Translations under genes and position numbers: made by a program
IMG/VR virus record: IMGVR_UViG_3300042890_005556
Direction: 5' to 3' (one strand)
DNA: 64,000 bases
Source of the DNA: a virus
Part shown: piece by piece, positions 1-9,684 of the stretch
How positions within the stretch are numbered: the first letter of the stretch is position 1
Layout of the letters: the number at the start of each line of letters is the position of its first letter
The notes under the pieces: generated by a model
Databases searched by the model: none
The model's input: only the letters and a program-made list of their open reading frames with translations
What the model was told of the DNA's origin: nothing

Positions 1-56
1 GGGTCAGATCCCATTCTACTTTTTCGTTTATAAAATATAACTTTCTAAGCGGGGGC

Positions 57-2705
57 TCAACCTTTGTTGAGGTATCTACTGGTAATTTTCCAACGGTTTC
101 TGATGAGTTCTGTTCCATCCATTAATCCACCAGGTAAGACAATTTTGACGGGATAGCCAGCCTCAATGATCGTTTGCATCCTTGCTTTTGAGTGCTGATA
201 GAGATATTTATTACATCTGAAGTAAAAGTCGAATATTCGACTTTTACCATACTTGTTTCGGCGCAAAGCTCTACCGATCTTCTGAAGGAACTCAGATTGA
301 AGCTTTCCACCAGACGCAATAATAAGTGTCTCACACCCGCCAGCAAGATCAAGGCCCCGATTAATTATTTTACCACCAATGAGTACCTGCAACTCTCTAC
401 GCTCAAAAGAACGCAACGCTTCGTTTCGTTGCTTCAAAGGAGTCTTACCGTAGATGAATTCAGCTTTGATACCCGCCAGCAGCAAAATCTCTTTAAGCCT
501 TAACCCCAAAGCCTCTCTATCTACGATAATTAAAGTCCCATCATCATTCACACAATATTTCTTACATAAATTTTTAATGATATTAGAATACTTCACACTA
601 TTTGTGATATGCTCATCATATGCCTCATCATATGCGGTAGACTCTTGAATACTACCATCGAGACCGTAGGCGATCATAAAGTACTCACAAGGAATAATCC
701 GACCAAGCTCCGTCAACCTAGCACGAGTCTCCTTAAAAATGATAGACCCCAAATGCTCCTGTAACACCAAAGCCTCTACAGGCTTTGCCTTATCAAAAGG
801 AGTGCCAGTTACACCATACCTTCTACGACCCTTAAAATGATACCTAAATAATGCTTTCCACTGCTCAGAAGTAGCTTTATCCGCTTCATCCACGATTAGC
901 ATTTCAGCTTCATGGACGTACTTCTGTAAGATCTTGGCGTTCTTCTTTCTGGTTTTAAAAGCCTGTACTTTCTTGTCCCAAATGTCGTATCTCTTTGAAT
1001 AAGCCTTATCAGTTTCATTATGCTTCTGAATGGGCATCTCAGGGAACTTTGTGGGAGGAGATATAGACTGTATAGAACCTACCACTATAAGCTGTCCATT
1101 GGGTTTCTTTCCAGCATAAAATAATCCAACTTCGTCAATAACATCACGCAGTTCTAATCTTTGCTTGATCTGGTCAATGATAACTGTCTGATCTGCCAGG
1201 ATGATTGTCGGGCACTGTATTGCTTTGCATATTCCGCTTACGATCTCTGTGTTATGAGTGATAGTGAAATCGCCGAGCAGAAAACGTTTATTTCCATCGA
1301 TTTCAAATCCGAAATACTCGCCATGACCATGATGAGTTATATTTATGCCGCATACTAAGGGGTTCTTATTGATTTTTCTTTCTTCGCATTTTTTGTACTT
1401 TACTTTCACCGGTATTTCTTGAGTGTTCCCATATATCCCTATGTAGGCATAGGTGTCTCCTTTCCCTGTTGTAGAATTCTTCTTGTACCTGTCATTGAGA
1501 GCGACTCTAAAACCGAGTGATCTAGCAATGAAAACAATACCATCGACTATTTCATTCTTCTTTACAGTGATATCATAACCATTGTGGTGAGCATGCCCAT
1601 CGGCATCTATAAAACCAGCCAGTAATTGCAACCTCTGTTCTCTGCTAGACGTCTTATAAATAGCGGGGACATGCTTATTATTTAAAAGATCGAGTTTTTT
1701 AAATGAAGCTTTTAAATCATTTTGTAATATACCTGTCATACCCTCACTACGGTGTATTCCCTCATAGAGCCTAATGTTGTAAGCTACACAGTCGCTTTTT
1801 TCTGGATATTCTACCAGCACATACCCGCTACTTTGGCAGAATTCCGAAAGATATTGGATTATCTCCCTGTCTTTATCCGGCTGCAAAAAAAATCTCATGT
1901 CGGTTGCTCTACCATCACCAAGCCATAGTCCCAGAATATATGGGTCAATCGGTAAAATTTTTGTATCAAATTCTACAGGTGCTTTCACTCCCTTCAAAAT
2001 ATGCTTCATCCATTTAGAAGAACTCATATAATCTTTGATGCTGATGTCTATTAATGTTCTGCCAGCATGGTCTCTTTTAACGTCACTTTTAGATCTGTAT
2101 AAAGTGAGAATGTGTTCACTGTTAACAACGTAATCATCGCCATTAATTTGTGTAACTTTATATAAGTCGTCCATTCCAGTAGTCGTAGACAAGACAGTCC
2201 TGGGTTTAGAATCATCACCCATCAATAGATCGCCAACGACTATTTCTTCTACTTTCTTAACAGTACCATCGTACATGAGTACTTTGGTTCCTCTGCCTAA
2301 ACATTTGCCGCCGCCTGTTGGAACGTCAACAATGCCACATTCGTTTAGGCACGCTTGCTTTATGGCATCTATCTGGTAGTCTTCGAGTTTTATACCCGGT
2401 AAAAAATCTTCATTAATCAGCTCTGGGTCTATGATCTCATAGCCCCAAGCGTCGCGTTTGTCTACGACACGAATAGGAACATTATGCTTCTCACATGCTT
2501 TTTCTAAAAATTTTAAAAGAGGTCTTGCGAACCTCTTCTTAAGACGGTTGTATTTTCTGAATATCCCGTCCCAATTTCCTAGTTGCGTTGGGTCCACATA
2601 TCTGTTTGGCTTGCTGACACTGAATTCTACCCACACCATTTGGTCTTCAGCATCAGTTATATGGGTAAGGTATACATGCTGATTGTCGTGTATTTCGGCT
2701 ATCAT
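57..2705 (-). CDS. uvsW: SF2 DNA helicase, UvsW-like, intein-containing
   Basis: Q motif LEDYQ, Walker A PTGGGK|T split by an intein, VDEAD, TGTP, motif V RGLD and motif VI QKIGRALR. Confidence 0.85.
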   Translation of the reverse strand: MIAEIHDNQHVYLTHITDAEDQMVWVEFSVSKPNRYVDPTQLGNWDGIFRKYNRLKKRFARPLLKFLEKACEKHNVPIRVVDKRDAWGYEIIDPELINEDFLPGIKLEDYQIDAIKQACLNECGIVDVPTGGGKCLGRGTKVLMYDGTVKKVEEIVVGDLLMGDDSKPRTVLSTTTGMDDLYKVTQINGDDYVVNSEHILTLYRSKSDVKRDHAGRTLIDISIKDYMSSSKWMKHILKGVKAPVEFDTKILPIDPYILGLWLGDGRATDMRFFLQPDKDREIIQYLSEFCQSSGYVLVEYPEKSDCVAYNIRLYEGIHRSEGMTGILQNDLKASFKKLDLLNNKHVPAIYKTSSREQRLQLLAGFIDADGHAHHNGYDITVKKNEIVDGIVFIARSLGFRVALNDRYKKNSTTGKGDTYAYIGIYGNTQEIPVKVKYKKCEERKINKNPLVCGINITHHGHGEYFGFEIDGNKRFLLGDFTITHNTEIVSGICKAIQCPTIILADQTVIIDQIKQRLELRDVIDEVGLFYAGKKPNGQLIVVGSIQSISPPTKFPEMPIQKHNETDKAYSKRYDIWDKKVQAFKTRKKNAKILQKYVHEAEMLIVDEADKATSEQWKALFRYHFKGRRRYGVTGTPFDKAKPVEALVLQEHLGSIIFKETRARLTELGRIIPCEYFMIAYGLDGSIQESTAYDEAYDEHITNSVKYSNIIKNLCKKYCVNDDGTLIIVDREALGLRLKEILLLAGIKAEFIYGKTPLKQRNEALRSFERRELQVLIGGKIINRGLDLAGGCETLIIASGGKLQSEFLQKIGRALRRNKYGKSRIFDFYFRCNKYLYQHSKARMQTIIEAGYPVKIVLPGGLMDGTELIRNRWKITSRYLNKG
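1251..2303 (-). mobile_element. Intein (351 aa) with LAGLIDADG homing endonuclease, inserted in the helicase Walker A
   Basis: Begins CLGRGTKVLMYDG, block B NSEHIL, LGLWLGDG and LAGFIDADG motifs, ends FTITHN followed by Thr+1. Confidence 0.95.
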
Positions 2706-3139
2706 AGTGCTTTCGAACTTGAATATATGTCTAGTACTTGGCTCACTTTATTACCGTCTTCGCTGACTATTCCTACACGTTTATCATCTCTGAATATAGC
2801 GTATCCGCCAACAGGGTACATCGATAGCCTGCTTGATTCTATTGGACTTAAAACTTCCCATTTGCTCTCCGGTCCAAGCGCGACAAGAAGGCTAAAGGTC
2901 TCATCTTTAAATCGCTTTTGTGATTCGTATTTGTCGCAGTTATCCATTGTATCGCTCCTCAAGTATTCTATGAGTCTTGTGTGCTCATCCAAGATGACCT
3001 GGATTTTGCTGAATAGTCTTTCATGACTCTCTTCTGCGATTAACAGCTCGTTGATTACGTTGTCAAAGTCGTTGCATATTGTTGCTACTATGGCGGCGAT
3101 AACTATCATAGCAGTTACAATCAGTATGATGTCTGGCAT
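2702..3139 (-). CDS. hypothetical protein with N-terminal hydrophobic anchor
   Basis: 145-aa ORF, hydrophobic N-terminus, AAGGA upstream, 4-nt overlap with the helicase start. Confidence 0.6.
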   Translation of the reverse strand: MPDIILIVTAMIVIAAIVATICNDFDNVINELLIAEESHERLFSKIQVILDEHTRLIEYLRSDTMDNCDKYESQKRFKDETFSLLVALGPESKWEVLSPIESSRLSMYPVGGYAIFRDDKRVGIVSEDGNKVSQVLDIYSSSKAL

Positions 3140-3209
3140 TTTGTGTCCTTATCTTTCAAATACTTTGAAGATCATTGTTCTTCGTATGGGAACATTATTA
3201 TTGCTATTT

Positions 3210-3240
3210 GGACGGCTAGTACGAGTATGACTAGCCATCC
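3210..3240 (-). terminator. stem-loop downstream of the 661-aa gene
   Basis: GGATGGCTAGT-N9-ACTAGCCGTCC (11-bp stem with one G-U pair); no U-tract. Confidence 0.4.
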
Positions 3241-3266
3241 TAGATATTCGATTGATCTGAATGGGT

Positions 3267-5252
3267 TCATGGGAAGTTAATTTTTATTCTTTTTTCGGAA
3301 GGACTGTATTTCATTAAATCGCCTTCGATTCCGAAGTTCTTTTTGGCCCATTCGTTAATGTTTTTTAAGCCTCTGAGGTATACTGCTTTCATCGACGGGT
3401 TGGCAAAATCTGATGGTTCTGGTGTTTGGTAACTACCGTCTCGTTGTTTAGCAGCTTTCTTTATGAGGTTGTTGAGCTTCGCTTGGTCGGGTTTGGCTAG
3501 GTCTGTTATGTAGTTCTGTGCTTTTTCAGCGAAGTTTTGCTTTTTGGTGTCTGATGATTCTGTGTCTAATTGTATTGGCTTTTCTGGAGCTGCTGGTGGT
3601 TTTGGTGCTGGTGGTTTTGGTGCTGGTGGTTTTGGTGCTGGTGGTTTTGGTGCTGGTGGCTTTGGTGCTGGTGGCTTTGGTGCTGGTGCTGGTGCTGGTG
3701 GCTTTGGTGCTGGTGCTGCTGGTTCTTGAGCAGTCGGTTTAGGCTCAGGCTTTGATTTATCAGCTGGGGCTACCGGAGGATTTGGAACATAGTATTTCTT
3801 CGTACGGTGCAGAAAAGCCTGTAGTGTGTATAAATCCTCAAATTGGTTGCTTATTGACTCGCTAGAAGCTTCTGAATTAGCACGCCTAAAATCCTGAATC
3901 ATAAAATAGCGTGGGGGACCTTCCCTCAGGCGTGCGATAGGTGATTCGGCACGCCCCATCGGATATCCGTAGCCAATCTTATTATGCATGCGTCCATGCT
4001 CGTAATAGTAGTTCACTAACGGAATCCCGAGATAACTCAATGGAGTATAGCCAACACTCTCCAACCACTCTACGCTTTCTGACGGTATGGCTGATAATTG
4101 GATCTTCCCACCAGAGGTCTGCTTTAAGCTTTTACCGTACTGTGTATTATCGTATACCTCTTCTTCTGATTTAACATTGATATCGATCGCTTTACCTTGA
4201 GAAATCTTTTGCTTTAGCTCATCACGTGCTTCTGAGAGACTTCCGGTGATGTCGTCTTTTTGATATTCTGGTATATCACTGAATTCGTCTGGATCTTGGG
4301 TAGCTGAGTCTATTTTATCAGACAATTGTTGTGCTACCGGTTCTTCTTGATCAGTCTGTCCTGCCATGGAAGGCATAGCGACAGGGTCAATGGGCTCGTC
4401 TATTGTTGGTTCATCTTCTGCTGGCTCATCTTCTGCTGGTGGTTCATCGCTTCTTGTTGGCTTATCATCTGCTGGCGGCTCATCGTCTATTGTTGGCTCA
4501 TCATCATCTGCTGGCGGCTCATCGCCTACCGGTGGCTCATCAGCAGAAGGACCATCCCAAAAACCATTTGATTCATCATCAGATGGCCTATCTCCTGAGC
4601 CAGTTGTATCATCCGGTGATTGAGAAGAGTCAGGCTGAACCGGAGATCCCTGTTGCTTAGGATCTAATACTGGTGTCTCAGGTGTCTCAGGTGTCTCAGG
4701 TGTCTCAGGTGTCTCAGGTGTCTCAGGTGTCTCAGGTGTCTCAGGTGTCTCAGGTGTCTCAGGTGTCTCAGGTGTCTCAGGTGTCTCAGCCTGTGGTTTA
4801 CTGAGCTTACCCTTTATGTAAGAAAAAATGTTATCAATTTCCTCTGGTCTACCAGCAGTTAGAGTACCATCTTTAAGCTTCTTAGCCAAATACTCCTTTA
4901 AAATCTGCTCTCTCTCTTTAGAGATCTTGCCAGCCAACGGTTTTTGCTGCTGATCAGGGTCATTCAGATCCCAAACCCAAGCCTTACGCACATTAAATAA
5001 CACACCAGAGATCTGGAATTTCTTATCAGCCAATTTCTTAACATAAACTCTAGCGGATATACCACCAACGAATTTTGATTCTGCTGGCAATCTAGTCCCA
5101 ACGTCAGAAAAAGTAAAGACAGTTTGATCACCCTCTTGTACAACGTGATCATAAAACTTTGTCTCTTCATTTATAGGGATATCGCCTACAAACAAGTTTT
5201 CAGAGAACGTTAAAATAACATCGGTGGCGAAGTGCAAGTGCGAAAGCTTCAT
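3267..5252 (-). CDS. low-complexity Pro/Glu/Asp-rich protein, probably virion-associated
   Basis: 661-aa ORF with (ETP)13, DEPPADD and (PKPPA)n repeats; candidate late-promoter motif upstream. Confidence 0.7.
   Translation of the reverse strand: MKLSHLHFATDVILTFSENLFVGDIPINEETKFYDHVVQEGDQTVFTFSDVGTRLPAESKFVGGISARVYVKKLADKKFQISGVLFNVRKAWVWDLNDPDQQQKPLAGKISKEREQILKEYLAKKLKDGTLTAGRPEEIDNIFSYIKGKLSKPQAETPETPETPETPETPETPETPETPETPETPETPETPETPVLDPKQQGSPVQPDSSQSPDDTTGSGDRPSDDESNGFWDGPSADEPPVGDEPPADDDEPTIDDEPPADDKPTRSDEPPAEDEPAEDEPTIDEPIDPVAMPSMAGQTDQEEPVAQQLSDKIDSATQDPDEFSDIPEYQKDDITGSLSEARDELKQKISQGKAIDINVKSEEEVYDNTQYGKSLKQTSGGKIQLSAIPSESVEWLESVGYTPLSYLGIPLVNYYYEHGRMHNKIGYGYPMGRAESPIARLREGPPRYFMIQDFRRANSEASSESISNQFEDLYTLQAFLHRTKKYYVPNPPVAPADKSKPEPKPTAQEPAAPAPKPPAPAPAPKPPAPKPPAPKPPAPKPPAPKPPAPKPPAAPEKPIQLDTESSDTKKQNFAEKAQNYITDLAKPDQAKLNNLIKKAAKQRDGSYQTPEPSDFANPSMKAVYLRGLKNINEWAKKNFGIEGDLMKYSPSEKRIKINFP
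3591..3720. repeat. 15-bp coding tandem repeat (PAPKP units)
   Basis: TGGTGCTGGTGGYTT repeated on the + strand. Confidence 0.9.
4672..4788. repeat. perfect 9-bp tandem repeat x13 encoding (ETP)13
   Basis: GGTGTCTCA x13 with no mismatches. Confidence 0.97.
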
Positions 5253-5290
5253 AGTATACCCTTATCTCCTGAATTATTTTTGTATACTGA

Positions 5291-5316
5291 AGTGGCCAAG
5301 AATACTCTTGGCCACT
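5291..5316 (-). terminator. hairpin downstream of nrdJ
   Basis: AGTGGCCAAGA-ATAC-TCTTGGCCACT, perfect 11-bp stem; weak U-tract. Confidence 0.55.
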
Positions 5317-5336
5317 CCTACCATCCTCACGTCAAA

Positions 5337-8300
5337 TCAGACAGCACAAGAATCGCTATCACAAAACTTAGATCCCTCTTCCTTACCATAGTAAGTAGAA
5401 AAATCTAAATCTTTCAATTGAGCATTATAGTCCAAGACCTCTTGCTCAGTACAAGGCTCATACGGAGCCTGGGCATAACCATGATTAGAATGAGGCAAAA
5501 AGCTAATGCTCTTCAACTGATCCTCATAAACCTCTAAAACACTAGCTATATCCTTAGCCTCATCAGCCTTAAACTTAACTGTCACAGACACTTGATTGTC
5601 TGCCCAATATCTCTGATAATCCACAGTATTTGCGACCTGCTCCCAAATAGAAACCTCATTAGTAGGCTTCACTCTAGGATCAGACACAGCAAACTTAATG
5701 ACCACAGTATTCACAGGATCAGTCACAGATGGCTCAACATGATAACCAGCATCCTTAAGAATCTGTACCAAAGGACTGTCACTCTTCACACGAACACGAC
5801 GCCAATAATGCTGAGCCTCAGGATAATGAATACCAGGAGTGCAGCCAGTCAGCAAACTCACAGTGCCAGAAGGCTTCACACTCGTAATCTTGATGCTCTG
5901 CGGAATGCACAACCACTTGCTATAAACCTTATCCCACTGCTTAATAACGTTATAGCCCTCATCACAGAACTTGTTAAGCACTTCACGACGACCAAACTGC
6001 GCAAAAGCCTGAACAATACCGCTCTGACTAAGGCCGATGCGGCGATTACGAAGCATAACCGCATTAGTGCGAGCAGAGTGAGTGGGAAGAAGAGTCACAG
6101 TCTTGGCGTAGAGGAAAGCGAACTTCAAAGTGCGCTTATAATCTTCATCGTCTTGATGCAAATTGGGGAACGACTCCACCAAACAGCAAAGCTCTGAGTC
6201 CTCTAACGATTGTTCTGCGCATGGATTACTCCCCACTACCTCCCCGTCGATACCCTCTTTATAGCCATCAATCATCCTGCCGAAATTCCTACAATTTTCA
6301 AGCCATAGGAAGCCGGGCTCGCCATTCGTAGCAATATCCTTCTCATATTGCTTGTAAGGCATCCCAACCTTAGCAAAAACACTGTTATTGCTCGCCCAAC
6401 GATGATTATTGAGCGCCGACCACTGAATAGTGCCTTGAGTAAGCAATTCGATTTCTTCTGAGGTAAGACTAGAAGTGTCGAAATCGGAAACGTGCAGATA
6501 AGCTATAGAATTGGTGGCTCTACCCCAAGCCATACCCTCTTTTTCTTGAATCATTGACTTAATGTTGTCTGGCATGAAAGCATATGGATTTTTCAATGAT
6601 GAATATTCTTCATCACCAGCTTCTCCAAAGGCTATCTGGGCAGTTCGTCTGATATTTCCTGCCACAACGCATTTGCCGATGTAGTTCATCAGGTCGACAA
6701 TATCGCCGCTGCTCAGTGTCTTACCAATTTTTCTATCGAGATGCGTCCTAAACATCTGGTGCATGTCAGATAGAATACCAACGCCAGCAGCATGTCCACC
6801 AAATCCAGATATCGGTGTTCCTGCTGGCCTGATCTTCTCATAATTAAAGACCACTTCACCGTTGCCAGCTTTTTTGGTGTAAGAATGGAGCAGGGTTCTC
6901 AATGAATCAACCCAGCCTTCACGGCTGTCGTGGACCTCATATTCCACATATTTAGCCGGGTTTGGTCGTTGTATCTCTACTTGACCAGCACCTTTGGTGT
7001 CGAAACCGATCCCGACTCCCAGCATGCTCATATCCATCATGAAGCAGTATGGTTCGGCTGGGTCTGTGTGGCGTTTCATGTCTGTGGATGTCATCCCACA
7101 GTTACCGGTCAGGATATTCCCAGCAAGAGCGAATGAATTGTAGTCTGGGACCTGTGCGCAATATGTTTCTTCTTTAAGTCCTGTCTCTTCGACTGAGACC
7201 ACATTCCAGTTCTCATAATGCGAACATTCTCTTGCTGTTCTCTGTTTAAATCGTTCTAGATGGTGTTCCATCAGAAAAAACTCATCTGTCAGGTGATCAG
7301 AATACAGAGTGATTCTGTACTGCAAGAATTTTTTGACTTTTCCGTCTTCGTATCTTACTGTCTGATACCCTGATGTTATGTCATGGGTCCCAATTCCTAA
7401 TATCGCACAAACTGATCTGACTACTTCAAGATTCTCTTTGTGCTTGCTGGAGATTTGCGGGGTCCCAAGCTTGGTTATTCTTCCGTCAGCTGCGAAGTAA
7501 CCAGCTAGCCAACCATAGAGGTATGTGCTTGCTTCATTCATAACAGGTGCGTTCCTGTAGAATCTTGGAAGATCAGCCACCCTCATAGCTCCCTCTGATC
7601 CTCTTTCAGGAGCCGGTGTGACGTGAAAGCCTTGAAAATACTTCAGCAGACCTATATTCTTTGGACCACAAAGATACAAATATGTTCCGTGGTTTGAATC
7701 GGATGATCCAGTAGTCCCATCACCATAGCATATGCCATGCTGGATTCCAACTATGCTCGGTCTTAGATAATTGTTCTTTATACCACTACCATAACATGAA
7801 AGTAACCTCATGCCATTCTTGAGATCGGTAGTGTGACATTCTCTGGTTTTGTAAACTGGTTTTTCTCCTTCTACACCATTGGCGGCAACAAGACTCTTCT
7901 GCTTGGACTTTACAAACCATCTATGGTCAGCAGTGGCCATGATCGTTTTATAACGAACCCCACGCTTGACTACCAATCTATACAATTCTTGCTCTCCGAA
8001 CGTTTTGATTTTAGCGTCTACCCACTTACCCCCAGCCGCAAGAACTCGCTGCGTAGTACCCACAGTCTCTTTAAGGGTTTTGATACCATCTCTGGTGATA
8101 TATTCCGTCTCTCCAGAAAAACAATTGTTCAAGGCGGCTGAACCTCTGGCAAACATGAAATCTGTGCCCATCATCCACAGACCGCGACCAGGTGGAAGGA
8201 ATTTGAATGACCAAATTCTTTCGAACATTTCTTGGGCACTATCTTGTGCTCGCTCATAGTCCCATGGGATGTGTATTGAGAGGCAGTGTCGTCGCTGGAT

Positions 8301-8603
8301 TTCGTAGCATCCTTCTACGACTCTTTTTGCTACGTCTAGGAAGGATTCTTTCCCGCCTTCTGCTTTATCTCTGGAGTATGTGCGGTAGAATACGAATTCA
8401 CCTAACCCGTTGAATCCGAAGTTTGGTTTCTTGTTATTATATTGTTCTAAAAATGTGCTTGCGAGCTTAAATGGTTTACATTCTTTGTGGGCTGAACCAA
8501 AGTATGTTTCACCTATGTTGACTATTTTGGGCGTTGGTTTTAGTAGTTTACTGCGGGTGCTTGATCTTGATTCTGGCATGTTGGGTTCAACCACTATCGA
8601 CAT
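5337..8603 (-). CDS. nrdJ: class II (B12-dependent, monomeric RTPR-type) ribonucleotide reductase, intein-containing
   Basis: FYRTYSR, PPGRGLW, ALNN|C, VVAGNIRR, NPCAEQ (thiyl Cys), VKPSGTVSLL and C-terminal CDSDSC redox pair. Confidence 0.95.
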   Translation of the reverse strand: MSIVVEPNMPESRSSTRSKLLKPTPKIVNIGETYFGSAHKECKPFKLASTFLEQYNNKKPNFGFNGLGEFVFYRTYSRDKAEGGKESFLDVAKRVVEGCYEIQRRHCLSIHIPWDYERAQDSAQEMFERIWSFKFLPPGRGLWMMGTDFMFARGSAALNNCFSGETEYITRDGIKTLKETVGTTQRVLAAGGKWVDAKIKTFGEQELYRLVVKRGVRYKTIMATADHRWFVKSKQKSLVAANGVEGEKPVYKTRECHTTDLKNGMRLLSCYGSGIKNNYLRPSIVGIQHGICYGDGTTGSSDSNHGTYLYLCGPKNIGLLKYFQGFHVTPAPERGSEGAMRVADLPRFYRNAPVMNEASTYLYGWLAGYFAADGRITKLGTPQISSKHKENLEVVRSVCAILGIGTHDITSGYQTVRYEDGKVKKFLQYRITLYSDHLTDEFFLMEHHLERFKQRTARECSHYENWNVVSVEETGLKEETYCAQVPDYNSFALAGNILTGNCGMTSTDMKRHTDPAEPYCFMMDMSMLGVGIGFDTKGAGQVEIQRPNPAKYVEYEVHDSREGWVDSLRTLLHSYTKKAGNGEVVFNYEKIRPAGTPISGFGGHAAGVGILSDMHQMFRTHLDRKIGKTLSSGDIVDLMNYIGKCVVAGNIRRTAQIAFGEAGDEEYSSLKNPYAFMPDNIKSMIQEKEGMAWGRATNSIAYLHVSDFDTSSLTSEEIELLTQGTIQWSALNNHRWASNNSVFAKVGMPYKQYEKDIATNGEPGFLWLENCRNFGRMIDGYKEGIDGEVVGSNPCAEQSLEDSELCCLVESFPNLHQDDEDYKRTLKFAFLYAKTVTLLPTHSARTNAVMLRNRRIGLSQSGIVQAFAQFGRREVLNKFCDEGYNVIKQWDKVYSKWLCIPQSIKITSVKPSGTVSLLTGCTPGIHYPEAQHYWRRVRVKSDSPLVQILKDAGYHVEPSVTDPVNTVVIKFAVSDPRVKPTNEVSIWEQVANTVDYQRYWADNQVSVTVKFKADEAKDIASVLEVYEDQLKSISFLPHSNHGYAQAPYEPCTEQEVLDYNAQLKDLDFSTYYGKEEGSKFCDSDSCAV
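7101..8123 (-). mobile_element. Intein (341 aa) with LAGLIDADG endonuclease in NrdJ
   Basis: Begins CFSGETEY, block B TADHRW, GICYGDG and LAGYFAADG motifs, ends ILTGN followed by Cys+1. Confidence 0.93.
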
Positions 8604-8754
8604 AGAACTGCTCCTGACCAGTCTAAGACTGGTTTTTTTGTTTGTACTCTAGGATACCATCCTGGGATGCTTGAAAGCACCGACAGTGTAGCTACTGGGC
8701 CAGCGCCAATTAAAATTTTGAGAAGAATCGTCATATGCGACAACATAATTCCTA

Positions 8755-9387
8755 TCATCCCTCGAGCGCTCTGATCACTACCTCTGAACTATTATATAGC
8801 TCGAATATCCGTCTCCGACACAAATACATCGCAGCATCCGTAGGAAGCATGTCTCGCTCATGCGGGTGAGTAATCTCTAATGAATTCAAAATCGAAATAG
8901 CCGACTTATTTATGGATAAAAATTCTAATGATATCTTCTTCGCAAAAAATAGGGACGTCAAATTTGTAAAAGCCTGTTTAGTGGGCCTCTTTAAGAGATA
9001 GACCCTAACATCCGTAAGATTCAATGAATCCAAAAATTCAATAGTAGACTCAAGCCTTTTAATCATATGAATGCTATTATCTGCTTCATTCTTCAGTTTC
9101 TTATAACATATGGTCATCATATTTTGCTGGTGAAGGACTGCTAAACCTTTATTAATCACTCCTAGTTCTTTAGCATGATTTATCGCGATATCGATAAATC
9201 TTTTGCATGTGTCTGGGTCGAAGTCCCATTCTTTGAATTTTTTAGTTATTGATTTTATGAATCTCCATTGGTATGTCTTTGTGTGGTCTTTTGCATTTGG
9301 CAGCTTTAACTTTATGCCTTGCCGTAGATATGATTCGAAACAGTATTGCCATACTTCCTGTTCTGACAGAACAATTTCGCATATCAT
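8755..9387 (-). CDS. hypothetical protein, possibly gp59-like helicase loader
   Basis: About 210-aa helical basic protein (likely start MICEIV); LTSLFFAKKISLEFL resembles the T4 gp59 segment IFKLLQSNIISFETF. Confidence 0.35.
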   Translation of the reverse strand: MICEIVLSEQEVWQYCFESYLRQGIKLKLPNAKDHTKTYQWRFIKSITKKFKEWDFDPDTCKRFIDIAINHAKELGVINKGLAVLHQQNMMTICYKKLKNEADNSIHMIKRLESTIEFLDSLNLTDVRVYLLKRPTKQAFTNLTSLFFAKKISLEFLSINKSAISILNSLEITHPHERDMLPTDAAMYLCRRRIFELYNSSEVVIRALEG

Positions 9388-9399
9388 TGGGCACCACCT

Positions 9400-9684
9400 A
9401 TGTCTGAAAATCCTGAAGAATCGACAGTTCAACAACACACTGGCATTTTTGATGAAAATCATCCAGATGTCTTAGAGGTATTTGGCAGCATGTGCGAACA
9501 AGTTAACATTAACACATCAATAGCCATTATACAAGACCCAACAGATGGCAAACCTAAGGTTTTTATACGAGGCCATCTATATGACGTTGGGCATTTAGTG
9601 ACAAAAGTCGCAAACCAGATCAAAAAAGAGCTGATGCAGGGATTATCACTTCTCGTAATAGTAATTGGTCTCTCTGGAATCTAA
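9400..9684 (+). CDS. hypothetical protein (opposite-strand singleton)
   Basis: 94-aa ORF filling the gap between minus-strand genes; protein-like composition. Confidence 0.55.
   Translation: MSENPEESTVQQHTGIFDENHPDVLEVFGSMCEQVNINTSIAIIQDPTDGKPKVFIRGHLYDVGHLVTKVANQIKKELMQGLSLLVIVIGLSGI

Noticed and set aside
3518-3755. Plus-strand ORFs encoding (CWWFW)n, (GFGAG)n and (LVLVV)n
   Set aside because: They are antisense shadows of the 15-bp PKPPA coding repeat in the 661-aa gene.
4672-4788. Possible CRISPR array or iterons
   Set aside because: Contiguous 9-bp units with no spacers, in frame within a CDS.
5592-6197. 201-aa plus-strand ORF
   Set aside because: Antisense to the conserved NrdJ C-terminal region; composition typical of a shadow frame.
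8650-8705. tRNA-like cloverleaf (GGCCCAGTAGCT... on the minus strand)
   Set aside because: No TTCRA T-loop, the central loop is not 7 nt, and there is no matching acceptor stem.
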